A stretch of DNA of 64,000 nucleotides, counting the filler, from Choristocarpus tenellus KU-1152 (lineage: Eukaryota > Protista > Phaeophyceae): the NCBI GenBank assembly GCA_964200185.2. It is 10 parts of 10 records of this genome, joined end to end, with 100 filler letters (N's around TTAATTAATTAA, not from the genome) between each part and the next. Parts side by side here need not be neighbours in the genome. Positions count along the whole stretch, not along the records: positions 33,325 to 42,376 come from CAXNAD020004043.1; positions 42,477 to 48,230 come from CAXNAD020009838.1; positions 48,331 to 51,509 come from CAXNAD020021743.1; positions 51,610 to 61,378 come from CAXNAD020003408.1; 6 more parts are not named here. One strand, 5' to 3'. The position numbers and the translations under genes were made by a program. Positions 40,510 to 51,937 of the stretch are shown here, one piece after another (the first letter of the stretch is position 1; every line of letters starts with the position of its first letter). A model generated the notes under the pieces. The model saw nothing but the letters and a program-made list of their open reading frames with translations. It was not told the origin of the DNA and ran no database searches.

Positions 40510-42476
40510 TGTACCCAGAGTTGCATTTGAAGGATGCAAACAAATATATGCGAATTCGGGCATTTTCTACAGATGTGTATCGGATATACTACTGTACTAT
40601 GCTGTAAAAAGCTTTATACAATAGAGAAATAAACTCTCTCAAACCATACTTAAAACCCCATCCATGGAAATATGGGGGAATGGTAAAAGAATTAAAAAAC
40701 ATGGTTAAAAATTAAAACGGCCAAGACCTGGGTACGTCTCGTTTATTTTGGGTCAGTTCCACTCCAACTCTTGGATCGACAGTTGGAATATATAGCAATT
40801 TGATGGCGCTTCTCAGAACCAAGAGTTGGTCTTTTGCGAAAACTCGAACAACAAAATAAGAGAAGCTTAAATAAAATCTCCAGCAACAGGCTACCATACT
40901 GTGTTGTATGGGATTGGGGTGTATATCGCCAATTAGGATAGATATCCTTTGGATACCATAGAATATTCTTCCAAGTGCATGGGAGATAAGGCATATCTAT
41001 TCATCTCTTGTGTGTATGCTGAATCCTTGTTCAGAATAGAACACTTCTCACACCTCCATATAGAATACTACCTCATGCTGTTTCTATGTATTGTACAAGG
41101 ATTGGGAGAATCTACTTCAAGTTTGTTCGTGCCAAGTGATAGAACCATTTCCAGCCACTGCAGTGCAGCAAAATTGGTTTAACAGCAGGGTCAAACCACT
41201 GTATTACAACTACTGCACAATAAAGGAACCACGACATACTTTCTGCTTTTCTGGACTATAATTTCATCTCTGTATGTCAATTGTGTAGTATACAGTTGAC
41301 CAAATGGGGAACCTGCAAAATTACCAGAGGGCATCAAGCATTTTTTACAGGCTCCTCTTTTGGCTGACTGTAATCAGTTGTGGGGGGCACTATACTATTT
41401 TCCTCTTAACATGATTTGATGGTTACTATACGATTCGGTTGACTTGGATAGAAAATGCTTCTACTATGTTGCTCCAACTAGCAGTCAATGCTCATAAAGT
41501 TGTCCTCAAAATCTCGAACCAAGATACTTGTCCTTTCATGGTAGAACTGTCTCTTAGGTTATTGTCATGATATTGTGTGGAAGGCCATGACACCACTTCA
41601 AAGGATTGCTCCCAAAAGATAAATTCTGAGAAGGAAATTGTAGAAAGAGTTTCTTTTTTTGGTAAGGGGTCCTAACTCCAACCTAGCACCTTTCAACTCC
41701 TTCAAGTGTGAACTGACCTCCTTGAGGTACAACTAATCCTCCAAACTATATTTGTACCCAGTAATGATTTGAATATGAGAATGAATAGATAGCACTTGAG
41801 GTTTCGTAGCATTTTAGTGCAGAAGGCAAAACGCCACCGCTGATGGATGCTCGCCAAGGACCCTTCTCTGTGACCCACAAATTTAATCCAAATGTCCTGT
41901 TGCATGGTTGCTACTTTCATTTCACATCCTTGTTGGTGTCCTTCAAAGCACCATACTGTTTGTTTTTTGTGCAAGTGGATATCCTACATAGTTCAACATG
42001 GCAACCCATACTTTCTTCCAGAATTCAAGGTGGTGGTGTACAATTTCTTCTCAAGTACAAAATAAATTGAGAGAATCTGATGAACAGCTCGTCCAACTAT
42101 TTTAATATCATACTTACAAAAGAGTATTGGTATTTAAACGGGCTCACCTCTTTTGAACAATAGAAGAGATGCCATGTGGAACCCAAACACTTCGTCAAAA
42201 TTCTATGTCTTCATTAGCATCCTTTTAAGGATATATATTTTGTACATGCAAAGTACTGAAGGATACTGCAGAGCTTGGTATTTGGACATCCTAACAAAAA
42301 TAGGTCTGAGTCAAAGTATCTTGGGGGGGGTTGTCGGTGTCCGTTTTTCACCTTTTTTTCGATTTTCACTTTTTTGNNNNNNNNNNNNNNNNNNNNNNNN
42401 NNNNNNNNNNNNNNNNNNNNTTAATTAATTAANNNNNNNNNNNNNNNNNNNNNNNNNNNNNNNNNNNNNNNNNNNN

Positions 42477-42601
42477 GTGTGTCTAGAATAATGATATCGA
42501 CACTTCTTAACAAACACGATAGCTAAAATTACATCAAAATCACAACAATGAATTTTGATCCCCGAATGGACGCAGGTTTACCCTCTCAGATACTTTGACT
42601 C
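42477..42601. mobile_element. MITE family A, half copy at contig start
   Basis: Ends TACCCTCTCAGATACTTTGACTC. Other fragments at 48331-48381 and 50646-50696. Confidence 0.8.
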
Positions 42602-42817
42602 ATTAGCACAAATTGAGTACATTCAGACTCACTTGACTCCTGTTTACTTTACTGTGTTTGAGATACCCTTGCATGTTCGTTGCAAATCACTTATTGGACT
42701 GTGAATCAAATGCTATGAATTTTCAAATATTTTTGTATTTACCCATAGCTCTGTCCTATTTAAAAAATCCCATCATTGGTCCTGGCTTCTTATCTTCCCT
42801 CCTACAATTTGTTGCAG

Positions 42818-45800
42818 GTGCCCGATGGCCCACTCACTTTGGGAAAGTTTGTGGTGACACCCTCTGGTGGACTTGTCCAACCAGGGCAAAGTATAAGTGT
42901 GATGGTGGAGTATAGCCCAGAGAGGGCTCATGCCCACCGGGAAACTTTGTGTATCAAGGCAAGCTTCACTTCCCTATATTTTCATATTTGAAGTACCATT
43001 ACTCAGTAGCAACTCACATTCCCAATAATATTTCCTCAACTATGGGTTTCTCAGTGCTACCCCCATATCTAGTCCTTATTTCACTGTAAGAAATATTGAA
43101 ATTTGAGTTGGGAAAATTCATACTGAGGGATATTCTCCTCAAGGTTTTTTTCTTCTCCATCGTAACACAGGTGTCAGGATCTGATCCCCAGGACGGAGCG
43201 TGCCAGTTGGCAGCCTCCTATGAACTCATAGCTGAGTCTTGCATTCCGGGGATACAAACCACTGATTGGAGGAGCATATTTGAAGAACAGTCAGTGATAT
43301 CATCATTAACTGATGCACTCAACGAACGACAGCAGGGTCAAGGGACGCCAGCTTGGGGAGGGTCTGGGGGGGTGTCAGGAACAGAAGTTTGCTTTGTGGA
43401 GGAGGGGAAGGTCTTCTCTTTCGGGAGGTGCAAGCATATATTTTGAGAGGGATGACATGATATTAGTTAAATCCAAATTGGGTCTGATGGTGGTTCCTCA
43501 ACCATTGAATATCCTGAACACCCTGTACTTTAGTTTCTAGCTTTGGCATAGTGCGTTTTTTTCACATCAACCAAATTAGAGGCAGGCAGGTTTGACACTT
43601 TTTCTTTATTAGGTATCTTTCTTTCCCTGTGCAATACACTCTACTTCATTGTTTTACATGTAGAACAGTGTATCCAAAATTGATATTTCCCCTTTCCACA
43701 TACAAAGTGACATCACAATTCAGCAATGGCACTTTACTTCAATTGTACAAAATGATATACTTTTGTCCTTTCTCGGGATCCGTATAATGCAACCCTGCGT
43801 AACTCTCAGTTGGTTTAACTCTGGAAAATTCGTATAGGGTTACTGTATGGTTCATGTCACAATCGCAGTGTGCAATCTGCACATGCGGTGTCCAGGTGAA
43901 TAAAGGAAATGACATATCTCACTGTCCCTCTAGCCCCGAGCATTTCAATTCAAGCAGTGGTAAGGAACATGTTGAAGCACAAGATTTGAAGGTCATGCCA
44001 ATATATAATTCTACTTCTTGCTAACCCGGAATAGCACCCTCCCCATGTACCCCACCATCTCTCCTCCTGTTCTCCCCCCCCAAAAGAACAGCTCATTAAC
44101 TCCATGTCTTATTTCCTTCCCTACTCATCCCGTTCTTTGTTTCAACCCATAGTGTTGTATCGAGCCAGAATCCAGCAGGAGTATGCGAGCGTTTCAAGAT
44201 CTCAAACAACAATAAGATACCATGCACTGTTACGTTTTCTATCGCACCGACCATCCAGCCTGCGCGAGCAAAACCTCCTCCTTCAGGCAAAGGAGAAAAA
44301 AGTAAAGGTGGAAAGAGTGATAAAGATGTAGGCAACAGGAATGATGAGGGTGGAGCAGATGCTTCAGCCTTTGTTGTGCAGCCAGAGGTGTGGGAAATTC
44401 CTCCACATGAGCATCGTTATGTCTCCACATATTTCCGCCCAACAGAAATGCGTTCATACAGGGCCAAGTTTGATGCAACTGTGGCAAATAATGATTCTGA
44501 ACCCTCAACTGGCAGGTAAGGAACCAATATCGTTCAGTATTCGCAGTGCAATGTATGTGAAGAATATAAGGTGCCCTTGAGTAGACAAAAAGTCAAAATA
44601 TGCTATCATACGATGCTACAATTTCATCATTGTCATTATCATTCAGTGGGTATTAATGAATTACGGATGTTTCTTCATGAAAATGAAATTGAAAATGAGA
44701 TGAGGAATGTGGAAATGCAAAGCTTGACAGGACACACATATTTTGTTATCAATGATGCATCTACATGAGTTGCAAACATGTGTGGATCAACATGTACTGT
44801 ACATACTTTCTCTCATCATACATGCAACCAATTTTACTGTAGTACAACGAAGATAGCACTCTGGAACTTCTGTATGAGGGAAGTTCTTTTCCGTACTCAT
44901 ATATGCAAATATATGTTCGGATCTAAAGACCTTGAGCTAAAATAGACATCTCACCCACAATGAACTCGCTGGGGGGAAGGCTCGAATTTCTTCTAGCAGG
45001 AAAGGGAACAATGCCAACAGTGACTCTTGAGAAGCCAATAGATAGAGATCAGACAGGGGCTGTCATGATGAACTTTGGAGAGGTGAGACTAAGGATCCAA
45101 ACTGCAAGTGGGTAGAGTCTGAGATAAACAGTGATGGCTGCTACATGTTTCCCCAAGATGAATTTCTTGTAGCATTTTATCCAGTTGGATGGCACCATCT
45201 GAAACAATAAACTCAATATATATATATATATATATATATATCATTATGCTCACCCAATTAAGTCCTCACTTAGTATTTGACTAACTCGTCCACCCTCACC
45301 TAGGTAAGTGCACATAAATCTCGAAGACTCCCAGTGGTGCTTCGAAATGATGGAATCGTGCCAGTTTCGTGCCTCTTTGAACTGAAGCAAGCGAAAATTG
45401 AGGTGATTCAACCTAAACTAGCACACTGTGAAATGCACAACCTGCTCATCAACCAATACATCGTATCTCAACATAAACTCAGCAAAGTGCTGTACGACTT
45501 TATCGCTGGAGCATATTCTTATATGTGACCATAGAATGGTGACATGATAGGTTTCTATAAAATACCTTGAAGTTGGAAGATCATTTTCTATGTTCACACC
45601 CCCTGTCTTGTGTCGCTTTACCATGTGATTACAGCAGCGAGATGTAAGTGGACACACGTACTAGCCCATTTATTCTCACTCTCCACCTAGCACCTCAATT
45701 TCATTCCTTTGTCAAGACCTTACTAAGGCTTCGTTTACACAACCTCTCAATGTCTATGAGGGGTACAGGGCAAGAATAGTAATGAAGAAGGGGTCAAGGT

Positions 45801-47014
45801 GCCATCTGGGGAATCTCCTACACGACGGACGGACAGAGGAAGGGACAGCAAGAAGAACAGGCAGAGCAAAGGACATTTCCTGTTTGCAGCAGCAGGCGGA
45901 TCGGTCACCCTCCAACCAAAGGCAATAAAATGATGTCTATATTTAGGCGTAGAAGAAAATGGAGAGAGGGGACGTCTAGGAAGAACAGTACAGAAAGTTC
46001 GTAAATAGAGTTTTTGTTTATCAAGCTGCAAAAAAATAGTTGGGTAAGGTTTGATTTTTTACTATGTTTTTGTTTCGGAACTTCTACGTAGATTATTGAG
46101 ACAAGCAAATATTAGTGCTACTAACAACCCACACAAAATACTATGGTCCCTCATAGCTTCCTCAACCGGTATTCAGGAGCGAAAGGTCATGGAGGTGGTA
46201 TTCCAACCGCGGGAAGAGATGCAGCAAGTTCCTATATCAATCAGCCAGGCCTTGTGCATGACTGTTTTACAAAATGCCTTTGATGCCACTACATTTCGAC
46301 TGATGGGTGTCAGCGTCTCACACGATGTAGTATTTGAGGATCTACCAGGAGGGTTGGTGGATGAGCTGGTATTTGAGCAGGTGCAAGAACCTATATCAGC
46401 TTCCAAATTATGTTCTTGGCGCCTGGAGTATTTTGTAGTTGATTGTATCAAGCATTTTCTCATCATATTTCCTAAGCATTTCCAGTTGACATTGTCCCAA
46501 CAAGTTGCAGTAATATTTGACAACAACTTTTATTACAGGTGGCATACAATTCTGTCATGAAGAACCAAAAGCATCATAATCACACAGATGATAGTGTATT
46601 GAGCGTACCTAGCAATTCAATCCTCAGGTCAACATAGGAATCGCTATGAAGATAAAATATACTCGTACGAAACAACAACTTGAGGGCATAATCCCACGAT
46701 GGCAGATGTATCCCCCTATCTTTTCCCCCACAACTAGTTCGACTCAGGCGATAATGACGCAAGAACATGGGGGAAAACATGTGCTTGAGATATATTGAAT
46801 ATCAATCATCAGAATATTATGTTTTAAAGGCTCCATATCCAACTATCATTGCTACAAAATATCCCAAGGTGAACCTGCTCAACCTAGCACCAATGACAGA
46901 AGGAAAGGAAAAGACCAATGGAGACATTGCAGATTCAGATGACCCCCCAGGTCGGGAGGTGTCTTTCTCGTTGAGGAGTCAAAGCCCTGAGGCATGCAGA
47001 TTTTCGTTCTCCAG
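42818..47014 (+). CDS. HYDIN: HYDIN (axonemal central-pair protein), partial; 8 internal exons: 42818-42958, 43171-43427, 44153-44515, 44980-45082, 45304-45402, 45769-45921, 46177-46380, 46869-47014
   Basis: Exons splice in one frame. Peptides LGKFVVTPSGGLVQPGQSISVMVEY, YELIAESCIPGIQTTDWRSIFEEQ, CERFKISNNNKIPCTV, FVVQPEVWEIPPHEHRYVSTYFRP, LEFLLAGKGTMPTVTLEKP, LPVVLRNDGIVP and VLQNAFDATTFRLMG follow the order of the ASH/Ig-like repeats I recall for HYDIN. Confidence 0.9.
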
Positions 47015-47162
47015 GTGATGATTTAACCAATAAATAAGAACTGAGTGTAGCCTTGACCATCAAGACTAGGAACCACATTACCCCTATAATTCAATTTCCC
47101 TATCCCTCCATGTTTCTCAGCGGCCGAAAGTACATCCTACTATGAACTTCGTCCGTACTATA

Positions 47163-47420
47163 GAGTCGAACTATCTTCGAGGGTAGAGCCGTGTCCATTT
47201 GGGGGAAAAAATCCAATGTTCTGATTTTGACGTAATTTGGGGTATCGTGTTTGTTTGAAAGTGTCAATATCCTTGTTCCGGACACACCTTTTCATAAAAT
47301 ATACTTTTTTACTAACTCCAAAACATTTCGGAGTAGGAAAATGTAAAAAAAAACAGTGGGAAGCCAAGCTCCAAATGGACAAACAGGGTATTACTCCTAC
47401 CCTCTAAGATACTTTCTCTC
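47163..47420. mobile_element. MITE family A in a HYDIN intron
   Basis: 258 bp; flanks ATA/ATA. Confidence 0.88.
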
Positions 47421-48045
47421 ATACTGCACCCACCAGGTAAGGCCAGCATATGGATGCAAACTTTATTGCAATGCCATAACCCTCTCGAGCTCTCCACACC
47501 TTGCACATTCTCAGTAACTCCCACCTCAAAAGAAATTCCTATCAATATCAGTTCTTGTGCTTTCGATCAGGCACAAACATTTTGTCTTCTCCCCATCAGT
47601 GGGTCACATTTCTGTTGGCTCAACCAAGGAGATTCGAGCGCTGTTTTGTCCTGAGGGACCAATAGAGTACGAACTGGAGCCAGTGGAATTCGTCACACAG
47701 AGGATCAGGTGCAAGATCATGGTAGAGTAGGGAAAAGAAAGCGGGATCACATCCTTTCAAACTATAAGATCTTAAGTGAGGGTGAAATATTGCATGGTAA
47801 TGATCTCATCCAAGTATAGTCTTTCATAATATGATAGAAACCTGAATGCACCCGTGACTAAGGATACAAGAGTATTTGGGCACTACCACATGCAGAGAAG
47901 TCAAAGTGGATAGCTAAGGTCATATTGTTGTGGACAAAGTGACATGAAGTTTCTTGCTGTAACCTTCTTGTACCAAAGGAGGCCTATTAATCCCACAAAA
48001 TATTGTGAATCTGGACTGCAGTATCTCAATTCTCATACCACATTA

Positions 48046-48230
48046 GGCTCGAAGTATCTGGGAGGGGGGGTGGCGGCTGTTCAGTTGGGGTCAATGTTTC
48101 ATGTTGCGATTTTTGGGTGATTTTGTTGCATACATTGGATGGATAATGTAAATGCACTTTTCCTCTTTTTGGCCCAAATGGACACCTTGGTGTAGACCAA
48201 CCCCCCCCCCCCCCCACACCCCTCTCGGGT
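48046..48230. mobile_element. MITE family B cut by contig end
   Basis: GGCTCGAAGTATCTGGG start. Other cut B-type ends at 1-53, 15137-15260, 19852-19901, ~33340-33376 and 51610-51634. Confidence 0.8.
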
Positions 48231-48387
48231 NNNNNNNNNNNNNNNNNNNNNNNNNNNNNNNNNNNNNNNNNNNNTTAATTAATTAANNNNNNNNNNNNNN
48301 NNNNNNNNNNNNNNNNNNNNNNNNNNNNNNCCTAAATGGACAAACAGGGCAAAACTCGTACCCTCTAAGATACTTTCACTCTTAATG

Positions 48388-48790
48388 TCCCCGTGGAGAG
48401 GACCATATGAAGCAAAAGAGAGGGTAACTCCCGTAGTCTACCGTGTGAAGGCGCAGGCCAACTGTCGAGAAATCACTGTGCATATAGCACGACTTAAACC
48501 TCACAAAGAGGGCCACCCTCCTGAACCAGACATTGACTCTCTCTTCATTCTCTACTTTTGACCAGAATAATACCTGAACCAGAAATAGAACAAGGTTCGA
48601 GCGTTCAACCAACTTTGGAGTCACACTTTGTTGAGGGCATTGCAGACCATAAAGCTGGAGTGGATCGTAAATCCGCGCATAACTATTGACCCCGGCTTAG
48701 TTTCGAGGTATTGCCCCAGCTAGTGATGTCTGGTGGAAAACAAAGGAAATTCCTCCGTGTGTAGAGACGATTGAAACATATAGATCATGA
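48388..48790 (+). pseudogene. Ty3/Gypsy integrase C-terminal (GPY/F module, possible chromodomain) relic
   Basis: PWRGPYEAKERVTPVVYRVK...ITVHIARLKPH, followed by FVEGIADHK. Confidence 0.75.
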
Positions 48791-51286
48791 CACAATCTGG
48801 ATGTTTCTCCTGACCAAAGTGTACTGATGCTAAAGTCTTCAAAAGGTCCCTGTGACCAAGGTGTATCGAAGCCAGAGTCTTTTCAAACTTCTCCACCACC
48901 CTCTGCCGCATTAGCCGAAGAACCATCACACTCTTCACAAACACACCTGGCCAATCAATTGCCGCCATTGTTGTCGAGAACATTCAACATGCTCTTGCTT
49001 CGAACCCTCAAGGTGATGTCCCTGCGGCTACATCTTCTACTCACAAAGTGGGTTGCCGGCCTGATACATCAGATTCCACTAAAAGAGGTAGAGATGAAGG
49101 TTTGAATCTTTTTTCAAGGCGAACTCGTGGACGATTTACCCGCGATGTAGTGGGCATTTTTTCCTTAACAAGTGCACACATATACCATACTCAAATGAAT
49201 ATTTTGATGGGTCCATACACATATGGGATGGTCATGGCTTTATCCCTTGTTTGTCGAGTTTCGAATGGAAGATCCCCATGCACCTCTTTTTTTATCTCCA
49301 AACTTGCTTTCACCATACCCGCAAAAAGAGTAATTGATGTGAATAGTCGGGATGGTCATTTATAGGTTTGGATCCTTTATCTTAAGCAGGAAATCGTTGG
49401 GATCCCTTGGCCCACTCAATGTTTTGCCCCTTAAGCAAATAACATTTTGTTTTGAGCTCACCCAGTGGGAGGTGGCTGTGTTCCTCGTAGGCGGGCACAC
49501 GGTTCTGCTCCACATAGTCCATAAGATTGGCACTGGAAGAAAACTGGACCTCATCACTACAGAACTCTGTGTATAAGGGTTATTAACAACAATACTTGAA
49601 GGTGAGAAATCGAGTTTTCACGTTCAAATCAAAAGGATTAGACAGTACACAGATTCCTCAGAATTGGAAGCGGACAATCCTTTCCTTACAAATACAGGAT
49701 ATTTAACCTTTTGCTTTCAGGGACGCAAGATAATAATTCAAGGTAATGATCCACCCACAGAGGTAATCACTGATCCAATTACTTACAAAACTCTCCACCT
49801 CAGTGCAGTTCCTCTTGAGACATCTGTTGTGGCCTAGCGCAACCCACAACCAAGAATAGGGAACCATAGTTTTCCATCTCACATTTACACTAGCTGAGGC
49901 ATTGTAGGTCGATCAACACAATGACCCAAGCACTTTGGTGACAAAATTTCCTGGGATGCTATCTTCCTAACCCTTGGGCGAAGTGTTTCTTTGATGTAAT
50001 GCATCGACGGACTCTGGATGTGTTCACAAATGCTTATTGGTCAAGGCCTATTGTCGTATGTTTTGTATAACCCTTGAGTCTGGGTCAGGGTTAGTGGGTT
50101 GAATAAATTCTGATTAGGTAGGGTTGAGTTAGTGTAAGTAGGGTCGACCAAGGCAGGTAAGAGTCTTTTCTATTTTAGGTTGGCATGGGATGCAGAAGTG
50201 TTAGGGCAAGGATATGGTTAGTGTTGGTGTGCAGGGGTGGTGATCCAGGACATTCGTCAAGTTCATGGCACGTGTTTGGGGTAGGCTCAGGATTTGTGTT
50301 GTGGTTAGGAGCATCGGGCATGGACTTCAGCATACAATCGTCCAAGAGATTTCAAGGAGGACAAGATCGACCCTCATTTGTCGACACTTGGACAAAGCAT
50401 GAGATGGTACATAAGTATTGAGAAGCAGGGGGGAGGTAGGTAGTAGGGTTCACGGAATAATCATTGACTGGTAAGAAGACAACATATCCATCGCAGGCAT
50501 TAGCAAATTGATATGAACCTTAGTGGAAAAGATGAGTTGTTAAAAATAAGTTTTATATTTTTAGTAGTCTGAACCTTGTATTCGACACTCTCTGTTAAGC
50601 AAATAAGAACACAGGTCTAATTCTCAACACAAGTATCAAGTATGAGAGTGAAAGTATCTTGGAGGGTACTTGTCCATTTGGTGATTGGCTTCCCATGTCC
50701 TGTTACTTACCGTGTCCTTTGTACCCGAGTGGTCGATCAGGCTCCAACAGCCAAACTAAGGCCCTTGACTTGGACCTCATTGTTCATTTGTGCGCAAGTT
50801 ATCAGGTACGGTGTGAACACTTCTCTCGACGAATGTGCTATCTTGACCAATAGAGAACAACGAAATTGACCACCCTACCAGGAGATGGGCGAGGAGGGGC
50901 TTGTTAAATTCTTGGGATGCTTCCCCAGCTCCTCACCCTGGGGTGCAGGACTAAGCTAGGTTGGAGGCACAGGAGGGCAATGGTTTAGCATAGCTGGTAG
51001 TAAAATAGTAAGTAGATTTCATACCTAAGAGCAGGATTTCGCAATCTATCAAGAATATGCCAACTGGAGATGGATATGACAAAATTGACTACGGCAGGTG
51101 GTACATGCGAGGACCACCACACAGAAGATGCTCAATAATACGACGTCTCTACCGTTGTATTATATATATTTGGAAAGGGATAACACGCAATGAAAATACT
51201 CGGGGTCTCAGATGCCACAAACTATTTCACTCATGTCTTGAGGAGTGAGTCTACCGGTGTGGAGAGGCTCGTTTTTTGTATAGGGT

Positions 51287-51303
51287 GGTGTCGAGAAAAC
51301 ACC
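51287..51303 (-). promoter_or_regulatory. Histone 3'-UTR stem-loop
   Basis: Minus strand AACT-GGTGTT-TTCTC-GACACC-ACCC: 6-bp stem (one G:U) and pyrimidine loop, about 70 nt after the H4 stop. Confidence 0.7.
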
Positions 51304-51372
51304 AGTTCTTGAAATCCAGTCTAGCACGGGAAGTCGACAAGAGTAATAGCCAACAGAAGTTGCACTCAAACC

Positions 51373-51509
<137 letters not shown>

Positions 51510-51937
51510 NNNNNNNNNNNNNNNNNNNNNNNNNNNNNNNNNNNNNNNNNNNNTTAATTAATTAANNNNNNNNNNNNNNNNNNNNNNNNNNNNNNNNNNN
51601 NNNNNNNNNCCCCCCCTCCCAGATATTTTGACCCATATTTGTATATATTGCGTGAATCAGTAAGGATCATACCATCACTTGAAAATACTTTACACTTTAT
51701 TCTTGTAGAAATGAAACAAACCCTGCGATAGCGATAGCGAACACCTTCATTTGTTGCATTTTTTTTTCCCCCTTCATATAATCAACACCACCACCGTGGT
51801 AAAAGTATCTCACATACTAAACCAAGAGTAGAACAATACGTTAGTAGGAGTGCCTGCCTACCCTAACACTAGAAGATCTTCCCTGAACCTCCCTCCCCCC
51901 GTGCCATCTGCTCCTTCTGCACACAGCTGTAACGTAC

